Below, piece by piece: positions 46,136 to 59,346 of a stretch of DNA of 64,000 nt. Under the pieces are notes generated by a model. That model was given only the letters and a program-made list of their open reading frames with translations. It searched no databases and was not told the origin of the DNA. Source of the stretch: Selaginella moellendorffii. Its lineage: Eukaryota > Plantae > Lycopodiophyta. The stretch lies in the NCBI RefSeq assembly GCF_000143415.4, contig NW_003314270.1, positions 1-64,000 on the forward strand, read 5' to 3'. Positions within the stretch are counted from its first letter, which is position 1, and each line of letters begins with the position of its first letter. Position numbers and translations under genes: made by a program.

Positions 46136-49100
46136 CTACGACGTGGAGGGCGCGGCCGTCAAATGCAGCTTGGCAAGAGAAGCATAAGCGCCACCTTTGA
46201 TGCCAATCAGATCGGCATGCTTCCCCCTCTCCACAATCGCCCCGTTCTTCACCACCGCGATCACGTCCGCGTTCACAATCGTCGCCAGCCGGTGCGCGAT
46301 GACAATGCTCGTCCGCTTCACTTTGATCCTGTCCAGTGCCTCCTGGACCAGGTGCTCCGACTCCGCGTCCAGCGCACTCGTCGCCTCGTCCAGCAGCAGT
46401 ATTCTCGGGTTCTTGACGATCGCGCGGGCGATCGCTACTCGCTGCTTCTGGCCACCCGAGAGCTGGACGCCTCTCTCCCCGACTCTCGTCTTGTATCCCT
46501 CCGGGAGCCCCGAGATGAACTTGTGAGCGTTGGACGCCTCGGCGGCAGCCTGGATCTCCTCGTCGCTCACCGCGCCTTCCTTGCCGTAGGCGATGTTCCA
46601 CCGGATGGTGCCGTCGAAGAGGACCGGCTCCTGGCTCACCAGGCCCATTTGCTGCCTCAGCCACTTCACCTGGAACTTCCTTATGTCTATCCCATCCAGG
46701 AGAACTTGGCCCGAGTCCGGCTCGTAGAAGCGCTCCACTAAGGATATCAGTGTCGACTTCCCGCTACCGCTCTCTCCCACCAGTGCTACAGTCTGAGAGA
46801 ACAACAGATATGTTTCTCCTCTGAAAGATCGAGCAATTGTGGTACCTTTCCAGCGGGAATGAGTAGCGACAGGTCCTGGAAAATGGCCACGTCCGGCCGG
46901 GATGGATACTTGAAGCAGACGGTGCGGAACTCTATGTCACCTTTGATTAGTTTCAGTGTCTTTCCTGACTTGTCAAACGGATCTACTTTGGACTTGCGGT
47001 CCAGGAGAGAAAAGACGGAGTTGACGGCGGTTTTAACCTTGGCGATGTCTGGAGCCATGCCGGCGGACTGAGATATTCCGACGGAGCTCATTGTGATGGC
47101 GAAGAACACCTGCAATGCAAACGATGTTAGAACGCGAAACGATATGTGATACAGCTCCTTACCCGAAACACTCTCTTGAAGTCGGTTTCTCCTTTCTCCA
47201 CGAGGCGCGAACCAAACCAAAAGCTCATGGCATATGATCCGAAAAGCACAAAGTTGGAAACGGATAGAGCAACTCCACTGATAATCCCCTGCTTCACACC
47301 GTTGATCAAAGGGAGGCTACACTTTTCCTTGTACAAGTCCATGACTTTCACTTCTGCGCAGTAAGAAGCAACTGTTCTGATGCTGCTCACGGCTTCGCTG
47401 GCTACTTGACTAGCCTCTTCGTACATTATCTGCAAAACTCGAGATACTATATATCATGAGTGGAAAGGAAAAAGAGAATGTCTGCCCACCTTGGCATCTG
47501 CGCTGAAGCCTTGCACAAACTTGACTTGCATAAGATGCTGTAGACCAATCAGGGGCACCAGAGCTAGAACCAGAAGAGCCAGCTGCCAGCTAGCAGTAAA
47601 TGCGAGAACAAGACCAGCAGCAACAGTGGCTACGTTCTGCACGAACAGAGACAACGTATCTCCGACCATACTTCGAACATGTGCTGCGTCGGAGGACAGT
47701 CTTGCCCCGAGCGCTCCACTGAAACGAAAAGAAAGAAAAGAAAAGCACTGATGAGCCGAAAGAAGAGAATGCATCCAGGTTACGAACCTGGAGTTTTCAG
47801 ATGCGTCGAACCACGAGATCTCTTGCCGGAGGATTTTTTCGAACATTTGCGTTCTGATGCGACGGATTAGTCTGTTGCCGACGACGGAGAAGCAAAGTAT
47901 CTGAGCCGGAGCGACAACGAAAGCGGAGCACGCAAGGACGAGGAACATCATCGACCAGAAGTTCACGTCCCTCCGCAGCGTGTGTACGTTGACTTCGAAA
48001 AAGGAGCCGATGATGCTTGACAAAAGAAGCCCGAACAGGGGTAAGATAACTCCGTTTGCAGCAGCAGCCAGAGACCCCACAAAGACGATCGGAACTTCCG
48101 GCTTGTTCAGAGTAGCAAGCCTGAAGATGGATATATTCTTCGGCTTCGTACGTCCAGTCTCAATATCCTCGCAAACCGGCTGCTTCTGATCGCTGTCATC
48201 AGCCTGTTTAACACTTGCTGACTTTGTCAATGAGAACGAGTGCCGGCCGTCCCCTCGACTCGAAGACCTGCTAAATGACCACCGGATTGGAGAAGCTTTG
48301 CTGAAAGACCACCTGCTTGGAGAGTTTCGGCTGGCAGCTCGGCTGAGACTTCGATTATCTTCTTGAATCAAAACACTGTCCGGATCAATTTCAGTGGTCT
48401 CTACGGGCGGAGGTTGATGCATCTCTTGCAGATGCACGAGTTGGGAGTAGGCACCATTGGGACGTTGTACAAGGTCAAAGTGCGTACCTATGGAATCCAG
48501 TCCAGTACAAAGGTGTTAGTGCTAGAAAAAAGAAATTCATCTGCCTCACCCGTCTCAACGATTGCTCCGTGTTGCACGACAGCAATGCAATGAGCATTCC
48601 TTATCGTGGTCAGCCTATGGGCTATAACTACAGTCGTCCTGTCCGTCATTACACGATCCAAAGCTTCTTGCACGAGACGCTCAGACTCGGCATCCAAGGC
48701 GCTCGTGGCTTCATCCAGCAGTAAAATCCGAGGATTTTTAAGAATTGCCCTCGCAATTGCAACTCTCTGCTTCTGTCCACCTGATAGTTGTGCTCCGTGC
48801 TCCCCGACCTGAGTGTCATAAGCCTGCAAAACTTATAAACGTTAAAACTCGATCACAAGTTTCACCGTCGCAGTATACCTGTGGCAACTTGTTAATAAAC
48901 CTGGCTGCATTCGCAAGGTACGCGGCATTCTGGATCTCATCTAGTGTTGCTCCTTCTTTTCCATAACCAATGTTCTCTTTGATCGACGTGCCGAAAAGAA
49001 CTGGCTCTTGACTGACGAGACCAATCTGATGCCTTAGCCACTTCAGCTGTATCTCGTTTAGATTCGTTCCATCCAGCAGTATTTCACCCGCCTGTGGGTC

Positions 49101-50797
49101 GTAAAACCTTTCAATCAAGCTTATAACTGTAGACTTGCCACTTCCACTTTCTCCTACGAGGGCCGTTGTCATGCCCGACGGAATACCCAAGGAGAACTTC
49201 GAGAATATCTGAACGTCTGGCCGAGATGGATACGAAAAATCAACCTGACGGAATTCGATATCCCCCTTGACATTTTCCGGAACTTTGCCCGAGGATTGGA
49301 AAGCATCGATCTCCGGAGTACGGTGGATAACTTCGAACATCTTATATGCCGCTGCTTGGCCAGAAGCAAACGCATTCAGACACGGAGAAGTTTGACCCAA
49401 TGCCCTGGCAACGGAAATGAGAAGTGTAAGTAAATGTCGACGTGCGTACAGCAGGCTGACTTACATGCCACCGGTAAGAACCGCAAAAATCACGTTCATC
49501 ACTCTTCCACCAGAAAAGCCTTCATGTAGAACCAGTTTTGAGCCGTACCAAAGAGCCAGCGCGTAGCTCGAAAAGACTATCAGCAGAAGAAACCCCAGGC
49601 TCAGGCCAGCTGCGATACCCTGTTGCACCCCAGCACTGTACGCTCTCTTTAACGCTTTATCGTAGTCTTCGACAGCTCTCTTCTCTCCAGTAAACGATGC
49701 TACCTGTGACCGCAAATTATTAAGTTAAAGACGGGACAAAGGTGGCTAAAGAAGGCAACAAAATCTCACAGTTCGAATTGCACCGATAACTCTATCGACG
49801 ATGCCTCCAGCTTCTGCATATGCCACTTGCCCTCTGCTAGACATCCGAGAAACCACAACGGCCATCATTCCTCCAGCTGCAACGATCAGGGGCAACGCCG
49901 AGAGCATGACCAGAGTCAGCTTCCATCCTCTCGTAAATGCCACGGCAAAGCCACCCAAAAATGTAGCCGTCAGCTGAATAAACTTCCCGACCTGCAAGCC
50001 AAAGCTGTCAAATTAGCCAGCTGCAAAACATATCTCGATCTGATATACCTTCTCTCCAATCGCTTCCTGGATCAGAATAGTGTCTCCAGACATCCTACCA
50101 ACAACTTCTCCAGTTGTGGTTTCTTTGTCAAAAAAAGCCACATCCTGCCTTAAGATGGACTTGAGATACAGTCCTCTTATCCTCGCAGCCTGACGCTCTC
50201 CTGTGCAAATCCAAAACGCTACTTCTGCAAACACGAAGAACAGAAATGAAAGGCTTTCGAAACAAAGATATCCCTCTTACGCACCACCAAAAGATGCCAC
50301 CGAAGCAGCGCCGCCGAGATAGACAAAGCGCAAAGCCACCTGACAAAGTTCTTCTTCTCGTCAACGAAACAGCACAGCGAAAGATCACACTCCCATACCT
50401 GTGAAACTTCATGAACCATGGCGTGGATGTTACCGGAATTCTGTCCAAACGCGTTCGCGAGCTGCCCAAACACGATTGTCAAGGCGGGCATCGCAAACCC
50501 ATTGGCCATTGCGCCCAAGGTCCCCAAGAACATGAGCAAGTAGTCGAGTGGATCCGCAAAGTAGAAGAGCTTGTAGAAGGGAACCGAGCAAACCTCGTGG
50601 GTTCTTCCTTTCTTCGCGTCCTCGGCGACCTCCACCTCGGCTTGCTTGGATTTGGGAGTCTCCACCATCTGTAGAGCCACATCGGGCTTGGCAGCCGCGG
50701 AGAAATTTGGAGATCTGGGACCAGGCATTGCAGCGGCGGCCTCCTCGGCGCTCTCCGCCTTGAAGTAGTAGCTCAAATCCTTTCGACCTTGATGCAT
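46136..50797 (-). CDS. Full-size ABCB (MDR/P-glycoprotein) transporter, multi-exon; start codon 50797 or 50728
   Basis: Two TMD-NBD halves. Walker A GESGSGKS x2, [14 protein letters not shown] x2, [11 protein letters not shown] x2. [36 protein letters not shown] typical of plant ABCB4/11/21-type proteins. Short GT-AG introns. Confidence 0.95.
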
Positions 50798-52686
50798 CAA
50801 GCCTTCACAGGATCCACGAGCTCAGATCGTTCATCCAGAGGACTTGCCGCCTCGAAATATCAATGCACCTGGAGGATTTCGAGGATTTCACAGCAGCAGC
50901 TCCAAATCCCTGGCATCGCCCGCAGAGAATCGATACATTGCCGCGACTGGATGGAATCACCCGCATTGCAATCCAGCCGGGGCGCCGGCAGCGTCTCGCC
51001 GCCTCCGCATTGCGCAATGCCCTAAGAAACTAGCTATGGACTATGGACAAGAACACTATAGAAAAACAAACGCTCCTCTCTCCCTCGCTAGGCTATGGCG
51101 TGTCGCTACTCTTCACCGTATCCGTAGAAAATCGACCCCCAAAAAGTATTTTAGTGACGGGCTCTCTTGACGGGCCGCCGATAGCCGTGGGATTTGTCTT
51201 TCTTCCCGGCGCATCCTGTGCGTCCGATTTCCCTTAACGCATGAGATTTGAGATCCATAACGAATATTCTTTCTTTAAGTATCTTTTTAAAAACTAAAAC
51301 TTGCACATGCGAGGCAGCTAGTTACAATCATTGGGCGTCATGTTTGCCACAATAACTAATTTTTGTTTGTTAAGTGTTTTTTTGAAATCGATCTTCCCCT
51401 TTGATTGATATCGTCCGGGTATATATATTTTGCGGCCCTATCACGTGAACCTGACATTGCAACAAATTTTGACAAAGCTGGAAATCTCCTTATTCGCGCT
51501 GGTTTTGAACCCGTGACCACTCCCCACGGACAAATCTCCAACAATAATCAACTCTCTATAATATCCATCAACACTGGTAATCAGCTTTCCACCATATCTA
51601 GGCGCATGTTGGTGAGCAGTGGACAAAACAGTGAAGTCCCAGTTTACAATCTCTGGCAAAAGTAAAATAAAATTATAAAAAAGTAAATTTTTTTTCTTTT
51701 TATTTGCCTTTCAGCATGTTGTAGATTGGACTGGTTGGGGTGATTCCTGGCTGGTCTCAAAAAGATTTTGCATGGTGGTCTGGATGAAACAAAATGTGGG
51801 GAAGAAAAAGGTGGTGTGCTTGCAGCAGCTGCTGCTGCTGTGCCTGTGCCTGATCATGCCCAGTGCCACCAGCCATGCTGTGAAGACACACAACACCAGA
51901 GAGAAAAAAAAATATTAAAAAGAGAGAAGCAAATTGGCTGGCCAGTCCAAATCCATCCATTAGTAGTATGAGAGGGGTACCACCAACCAAGTCATTTATA
52001 AGGGAGGATAGACAAAAAGAAGAAGAGCCTTGGGAACTGTTTGAGCCATGTCTAACTTTTGACGTGGCCTGACACGTGGATGACAATATGTCCTACGTGT
52101 AAGACACCTGGCTTGAGATGAGATTTTGAAGAATGGAACGATGTGACAAGCGTGTGTAAGGACTGTTAGACGCGCTACAACAAAAGCCAAATAATACAAA
52201 AGTGTCAATCAACCTCTCAAAGTGCCTGCAAGCTTTTGAGGCATCAAACTAGTCTTTTCGAGAAGGTTTTTTCCTTGCGAGACAAAGGCAAACAGATAGC
52301 CTTGGAGGCAGCAATCACAGATCATTAAATCAGTGCACGGAAAATCGGGCGTGCCAGATCTTAGAATTAGAAACCGCAGCTTAGCGACGGCGTACTCCGT
52401 GTTTGGCTGTGATCCACGATCACAGTGTCAAAGCCACAAAGTCTCCACTTGAAACCTTTGAACTCCATCTAATGGTGCCATATAAAAATTACATACCCGC
52501 AAAGTCAGAAAGGTTGGTGGTCGCCAAAGAAAAAAAAAATTCCGATGTCCGGACCACTTGATGACGAAAATCTAAGCACTGTAGCATCGAAACCAGCAAA
52601 TATCATCATCCAAAGAATTCCTCGAGGAGAAATAAATCCACCATATCGAGCAAAAGTCCAGGTTTCTTCGTTCTCTTTCTCTCTGC

Positions 52687-53858
52687 TTAGGCCGATGATG
52701 CCTTGATCTTAGTTGCGGGATAGTAAACACCCTCGGCTGCTAGCCAGAGGCTGTCGCTAGATTTCTTGCGCACACCACAGACCTGTGAAGTTCACAAAAC
52801 AAATACATCAATGGATGAATTCAAAGAGTAAAACACGATTTTTTTTGTACCTCCTGCTGGCCAGGAACTATCCGGTTGTACTTCTTGTCGTGGCTATGAA
52901 GATACCCATTCGTATCTAGATGGAGCAAACGCACTTTCTGGTCCCTTAGCCATACGTTAGCCTTGCCATCTATCTCAAGCCTACACTAGCGCACGAAGTG
53001 TTAAAAAACTACAGACTAGGTAGCTTTCTCGCAAGGCTTACTTCCAATTATCTCCTGTATCACTGTCGTCGTCCCCACCGAAGCCACTCACCTGACGAAG
53101 GAAAAAGGAGAAAACTTTGTCAGTTTGATTGATGCAAGGGACGCGAAAATACCTCAAGGTTTCCTGAGATGGGAGACTGCAAGAGATGGCTGTGAAGCCA
53201 TTTCCGTGTTCGCATATGTTGCAAGCGGATCACGGCCCCGTCTGCTATAACATCCCCTTGACGAAAGCTGGATCTTCCTTTCGGCCTTACAATCTACGAA
53301 AAAAAGAACAAGAAACTGCTTAATATCAAAGCTGACCAAAAAAGAAACAGCGCGGTTCAGGAAAACATAAACAGGAGCAAAATCCGGCTCTACAAAACAT
53401 ACAACAGAGAATTGAGAAAACACAGGCTCCAACAAAACTTGAGCCTGAAATTAGAACTTCCAGAAGAAAAATACAATTTTGGCAAACTGGAGACTCTAGC
53501 AAGCACATCCACAAAACAGAAAAGCAAGCAAGAAGGAAAACAAAAAAAATCACTGAAGGATGAAGAACTTACCCAGTAGCTATTCGAATCGTGACCCGAG
53601 TAGCAAGTAATTGATTGTTGTCCACTGCCAGAGCCGTAAGGAACATCGTGAGAATGTAGTCGATACTTAGTCCGATCATGTTGGAGCTTGATCACGCTGC
53701 CATAAGTTACCTATGGAGTAGCAAAGCTTGAGCTCCCAGATTCGAGAAAATCACACCAGAAAAATCACCTCTGCATTTGTTTGCGATGCCGTCGCCGCGC
53801 CAGCGCCAGCCCCAGCGGCCGAGATGCCGATCACTAGCAGCAGCAAGAGCCCTATCAT
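52687..53858 (-). CDS. SDF2: Stromal cell-derived factor 2-like (MIR domains), multi-exon
   Basis: Signal peptide MIGLLLLVIGISAA.., VTYGSVIKLQHDRTKYRLHSHDVPYGSGSGQQS, KWLHSHLxxSPISGNLE, C-terminal WLAAEGVYYP. Confidence 0.92.
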
Positions 53859-54077
53859 CGTCTGTTACCCTAAAGTGCCGTAAAGGAAACGGTCATGTCA
53901 ACTAAAAAAGTCCGGATCGGGCTTTGGTAAAGTTCAAATTCTTAATGGTATATTAAGATTTTGGTAGACATCGTCTAAAATACTTTTAGATTCTAGTAAT
54001 TGGAAGATGGAATGTGAACCTATATATTACTTTTTTTGCTGTGAAGAGCTTAGCATCAATAAATTTTTATATAACTA

Positions 54078-54540
54078 TCACCTCAGGATCCCGGTTATAT
54101 GCGTATTTGAAAGCCTCAATCCTTTCCAATCTTCTGTGACCTCACAAACAGATTCCGCAAGTTCTAGCAACGATGCCTTGTGTGTATATATGTCAAGGTT
54201 CGGAATTGCAGTGTCCTTGAGTAAGCAAAGCAAGCCTGCACACACACTACAAACATGAAGAAAACAAACTAAAAGGGAAGACAAAGTCTGGAGGAGGAAA
54301 CCGATTAAAAAAACTCGGAGCAATTAGGCAACAGTTTCACATCATACCGTGGTGAATTGTCAGTTTCCTGGCGAGCTGCATTGACAACAACGTACCTATG
54401 GACATTTGCTAACCTCTGCCGATAGGGCTGAATACTTGTGATCTCCCATTGAAGCTCCAAAACCTTCATGTGAAGCTCCAAAAGCTCTTGTTCATACAAC
54501 CATAAGCTGAAGGTCTTTGTTCTCCTCCTGGCCAGCCCTA
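54078..54540 (-). pseudogene. Decayed member of local coiled-coil gene family
   Basis: RLANVHRYVVVNAAR, GLLCLLKD..LAESVCE and frameshifted IEAFKYAYNRDPE align with the 59347-60471 gene. Confidence 0.6.
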
Positions 54541-56276
54541 AATTCTGAAAGTCACCAACTTTTTATAAATTTATTCTATATGATATAAAATTCTTACATC
54601 ATCAAGAACTTGTGAAAATTATTATTGATGTTCTTGTTTCACATTCATGTAGGGCAAACACTCTATATCCCAATCCAAACACCATTTTAGTTCACCTACT
54701 AGCAATTGCCCAACAAATGCTGGGTGGTTAGCTATGTTTGCTATTTGATCAACTCCTAAAATGCTAAAGTGTTTAAAGATAACTTTCAAAATTTAGAAGA
54801 AAGAACTTTACAAAAAAAAGTCTTGAAGCTAAAGCTCTCTTGGACAACCTATCATAGTTAGTAAATAATTCAAGTATCTATTATTGAGCCTAAAATTTCT
54901 TTGGTAGAGAGAAGAAAATAACACATACCTTTGGTTGTCGCTCATGCAAGTTGTTGCTATGTAGCTATGGCTACTGTTGGCAATGATGTCAATGCTGATT
55001 TGATGATTGCTAGATAGTTTGCTCTGAACCTGCTTGTTGTACCCTAGGCAAGAGAAAAACATTTGATCCTCCATCCTATCAAGAGCCTTTGGAATTCAAA
55101 ACTCATTTTAAAAAAGTGAGCTTATAAAGTATAGTGATTCCACAATTAAGAAAGCTAACATAACTTTGATTCTACAATATCCAAGAGCATTATGAGTTGG
55201 AACTTGCTACAACTCAATCTCCCAACACCCTAATTGACACTTCCACAAAGTGTACAAGCATGCTCCCTCAAGTAGTGTTTGACTGGATGAAGCATCATGA
55301 TGTACGCATGATGGTTTTAAAGTTTTTGAATGCATAGGGCTGGAAGGAACATTGCCAATATTTGCAATAGTGCTACTAAGGGTTTGTGGGACTTTGGTGG
55401 ATTTGGAAACTAGAAGGGAATTCAATGCTGGGATCTGCAGGAGGCAGTAGTGTCACAAATGCTTACAACAAGTGTGGAATTATGCTCAGCACATCTTTAA
55501 TTCCCCCATAATATCCAAGGACATGGTTTTGTGGAACATAATGATAGTAGACTACAAAGGCAATGTAGCCAAGGTGATGGAGATCTTTGGAGCTGCTAGA
55601 GAAGAGCACTAAGCTAGATGGATTTACATTCCATTGTGGCATGCAATGCCATAGAATGGATCAAGTAGGGCTAAAAGTTTTTCCTGGAGATATGGAGGTA
55701 TGACGTACCCTAGTGCAATGCAAGCACCCTGAAGCAAGGGAGGTCCACTGTGAATTGCCTTGAGTCGAGGGGGGATACAACAAGTGTTGCATTTCTCTCT
55801 TTTTTGCACCAGCCAATCGTTGCCAACCTCTGATTGGCCACCAACCCTGGCACTATCGCTTTATATATATAGACAAGCATTTTGTTCATCATTGGATTTG
55901 TAATACCTAATTTAGCAGACGGCCAAAAACAATTTGCAAAATTCCATGGTACTTTTTTTCTAGTCTTCAAATTCCCTAAGCCGACTGGTGTGTGCCTCTT
56001 GGCAGGAGTCATAAGGAGAATTTGGATCCTGGCAGGGCACAGATTAGACACAATTAATGATTGTGCACTGAGAATTAAGGGAGGATTAGGTTCCATTGTG
56101 AATTACCTTTTGTTGCATTTCTCTCCGTTTTCACACCAGTTAGCCAAGTTATGCCAACCTCTGATTGGCCAGTGCCAACATCCATAAAATTTTTACAAAA
56201 ACCACGGGAACCGCCTTCCGACGGCTGTGGGAGTCTATAGATGTTAACCAAAACAATATGGATGGGAAGATACTAT

Positions 56277-56687
56277 TCAATCTATAAAAGGATTTAGTTT
56301 GCTTAAACAAAATTCCTCTGAAAGGATTTCTATTCTGCAAGAAAAACACAAACCAATGCGGAAAATGAAGTCAGACATACCGCGTGGAGGAGGAAAAAAC
56401 TGGGACCAATTCCGAGACCTCAATTGCTCTTCACACTGTGGACGTGAGGTGATCTCGCATGCAGCGCTTATGCGAGCTGCATTGACAACAATGCATCTGC
56501 GGATCTTCGCAACCCTCTTTCGAGAGTCCTGGATTCTTTTAATCTCCACTTGAAGCTCCACAAGCTTTTGCTCATGCTTTGCAATCGTCATTTCATGCTC
56601 CATCACTATGTGCCGAAGTTCGTGGTTCTCCTCTTCAAGATTCTGCCGTGCAGCGTCCTCCATCTTCATCTTCTTGCGCATGCTCAC
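56277..56687 (-). CDS. Coiled-coil protein, member of same family (3' structure uncertain)
   Basis: Heptad-rich LEEENHELRH..LVELQVEIKRIQ, then RRCIVVNAAR and WSQFFPPPRGMSD, matching RRIVIKEAR and WSEYFDAVDPPPGLSE of the plus-strand copy. Confidence 0.55.
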   Translation of the reverse strand: MSMRKKMKMEDAARQNLEEENHELRHIVMEHEMTIAKHEQKLVELQVEIKRIQDSRKRVAKIRRCIVVNAARISAACEITSRPQCEEQLRSRNWSQFFPPPRGMSDFIFRIGLCFSCRIEILSEEFCLSKLNPFID

Positions 56688-56765
56688 CTAAAACTTTAAT
56701 TCTGTAGAGGTCGAGCGTTCGATTCCAAGTAAGACCACCTAATTTTAGGGTTCTTAGACTGAGCT

Positions 56766-58019
56766 ATGGGGAGCGTCGCAAATGCCGCTGCCCAGGCGGG
56801 GGACATGGGCTGGGTCGGCAAGAAGCCGCTGCGGCGCCTGGGCGGCATGGCGGATGCGCTAGCGATCGCGACGGAGCTCGGCTATAGCATCCAGCAGGTG
56901 GATTTTCTTTGCTTCGGCTAGAGAGCTGGAAATTTGATCGATTTCTCGGCGATCAGGAGGACGCTGTGCAAAATGCTGGCAAGAACGATGCGCTGGTGTC
57001 AGCGCTGAGAGAATTAATGGTCGTCCAGCGGGCTTTGGCAAATCTCCAGGTTGAGCTCCAAGGCCGGCAGGTATGAAATCTTTTCTTTTTGCTAGTCTTT
57101 GTTTCTATAGTGTTTACGCTCCTCCATTATTTTGCTCTCTAGGACGATGAGAGCGTCTCCCATCTCACGCACGTAAGTGGTATAGAGAAGAAATGCCAGG
57201 CCTTGGCAAGGACTACGACTAAACTGAAAGATGTTATTCAGAACAAGGTAATCTTTTTTCCTCTGCGATGATCACTTAGCTGTTCTATGCTCTTGTGGCC
57301 AGGATCGTATAATAGCACGCTTACAGCAGCCTTACTCTCTAGATTGCATTCCCGTGGAAACTGAATACCAGGTATAAGCTTGACGATTCTTTTAGTTTCT
57401 CCAGCTTTAGCTTTTCGTGTTTAGCGTTTATGTTTTGCTAAGATGCCTGTTTTTACAGCGGCAATTCGCAGAGCTGCTACTCAAGGCTGCAGGTGATTAT
57501 GGAGCGCTAACAGCTGCAATTTCTGATCTTCAGTGGACACAGAGCTTCAAGGATCCACCGTCTGTTTGGGGGGTATACTTTTCACATTGTCTTGCGCACC
57601 AAGTTTTTGTTTTTCTTCTACTGACTGTTTCTCTTCTACTACTACTTCAGGACTTGCTGCGACCCATTCCTGTGGCTCTTGCCTCTTGCACGAGATACTA
57701 CGAAGCTCTCTCGGCCATGAGGGAAACGGTGGCATCTTACTACAAGCGTAAGGTACAGCTGGGATCGCTGGAAACGCCAGTAAAAGATGCAGATGCGGAC
57801 TGCACAACACCCATATGGAATCAAGCAACGTACGTTTTGGACGAGCCAACCTCGGACGATCTCCTCCTCCGCGGCCGAACGAGATTGAAGCAGATCAACA
57901 TCACAGCAAACGAAAAGGATTGGAATGCGTCGCCTGATGCGCTGCAGCTCGACGCTTTTGGCGACGATGTCAAGCAAAGACGCATGTCATGGCCGCCGTC
58001 TCCCACCACTCCTGCCTAG
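56766..58019 (+). CDS. AUG2: Augmin subunit 2 (HAUS2), multi-exon
   Basis: [40 protein letters not shown]|[54 protein letters not shown] and RRMSWPPS match plant AUG2. Confidence 0.92.
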
Positions 58020-58454
58020 GTAGGCAAATTTTTTTCCTTTTTTTCTCAATTCAGGAAGGAACAAGGTAGACGACGAAGGCTCCGCCATTCAAGCAAGTAA
58101 GGGGACCTTTACGAGGGACTTTGAAGCTTGGTTCTTAAGTATACGCTTTCGTTTTGGTTCTCTCTTTTCTGATTGAGGACGAGGAAAGTTGCGATTTGTA
58201 TCACGCTCAGTTTGAGCCATCTTTGTTCTTCGAGTTAATACTTAATGCTCGAAGACTTTTTAACATTTTTTTAGAAAGCTTAGGAACATGTTGATGTTTA
58301 TAAAATGCCATGTACGTGGCTCAAGAATGAAAAGGCATCGCGGCAAGTAGCCTTTCACATTCTCGTATATACCCGCATTGGGTATATGCAGCTGGGTAGG
58401 AACTTGTTTCTTCCTCCTCTTACTAAAAGCTCTTCGCCCTCCAGGAAATACTTC

Positions 58455-59325
58455 TCCAGCAGGTATTGGCTAGAGAGCTGGAAATGGATCGATTTCTCGG
58501 CGATCAGGAGGACGCTATGCAAAATGCTGTCAAAAACGATGCGCTGGTGTCAGCGCTGAGAGAACTGATGGTCGTCTAGCGGGCTTTGCCAAACCTCCAG
58601 GTTGAGGTATGATATATTTTCTCTTATCTTGTTTTTGTTTCTATGAAGTTTACTCATGCTTTAGGACCATGAGATTGTTTCCCATCTCGTGGCATAGCAT
58701 GCCTTGGCAAGGACTACGGCTAAACTGAAAGATGTTATTCAAAAACAAGGTAATCTTTTTTCTTATGCGATGATCACTTCGCTGTTCTATGCTCTTGTGG
58801 TCAGGATCGTATAATAGCACGCTTACAGCAGCCTTACTCTCTAGATTGCATTCCCGTGGAACCTGAATACCAGGTATAAGCTTGACGATTCTTATAGTTT
58901 CTCACTGTGTGTTTTGCTAAGATGCCTGTTTAATTACAGCGGCAATTCGCAGAGTTGCTTCTCAAGACTACAGGTGATTATGGAGCGCCAGCAGCTGCAA
59001 TTTCTGATCTTCAGTGGACAAGGATCCACCATCTGTTTTAAGTTTTTGTTTTTCTTCTCTGCGACCCATTCCTAAACCCTAAACCCTGTGACGTACGAAG
59101 CACTCTCGGTCATGAGAGAGACTATGGAACCAAGCAACGTACGTTTTGGACGAGCCAACCTCGGATGATCCCCTCTTCCATGGGAAGCAGATAAACATCG
59201 CAGGAAATGAAAAGGATTGGAATGCGTCTCGATGCTTTTGGCGACGATATCAAGCAAAGACGCACGTAGGTAAGTTTTCTCTTTTTGGCTCTTTCGACGA
59301 CGAAGGCTCAAGTTAAGGGGACCTT
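58455..59325 (+). pseudogene. AUG2 tandem duplicate lacking most of exon 1, with multiple deletions and stops
   Basis: Nucleotide-level copy of 56890-58110 including introns. CAG>TAG at ~58577 and many short deletions. Confidence 0.9.
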
Positions 59326-59346
59326 TCAGGGTTTTATTCAAAAGCT

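Noticed and set aside
51488-51545. tRNA/SINE-like fragment (minus strand GGTTCAAAACC B-box-like)
   Set aside because: No A box, D arm or acceptor stem could be built.
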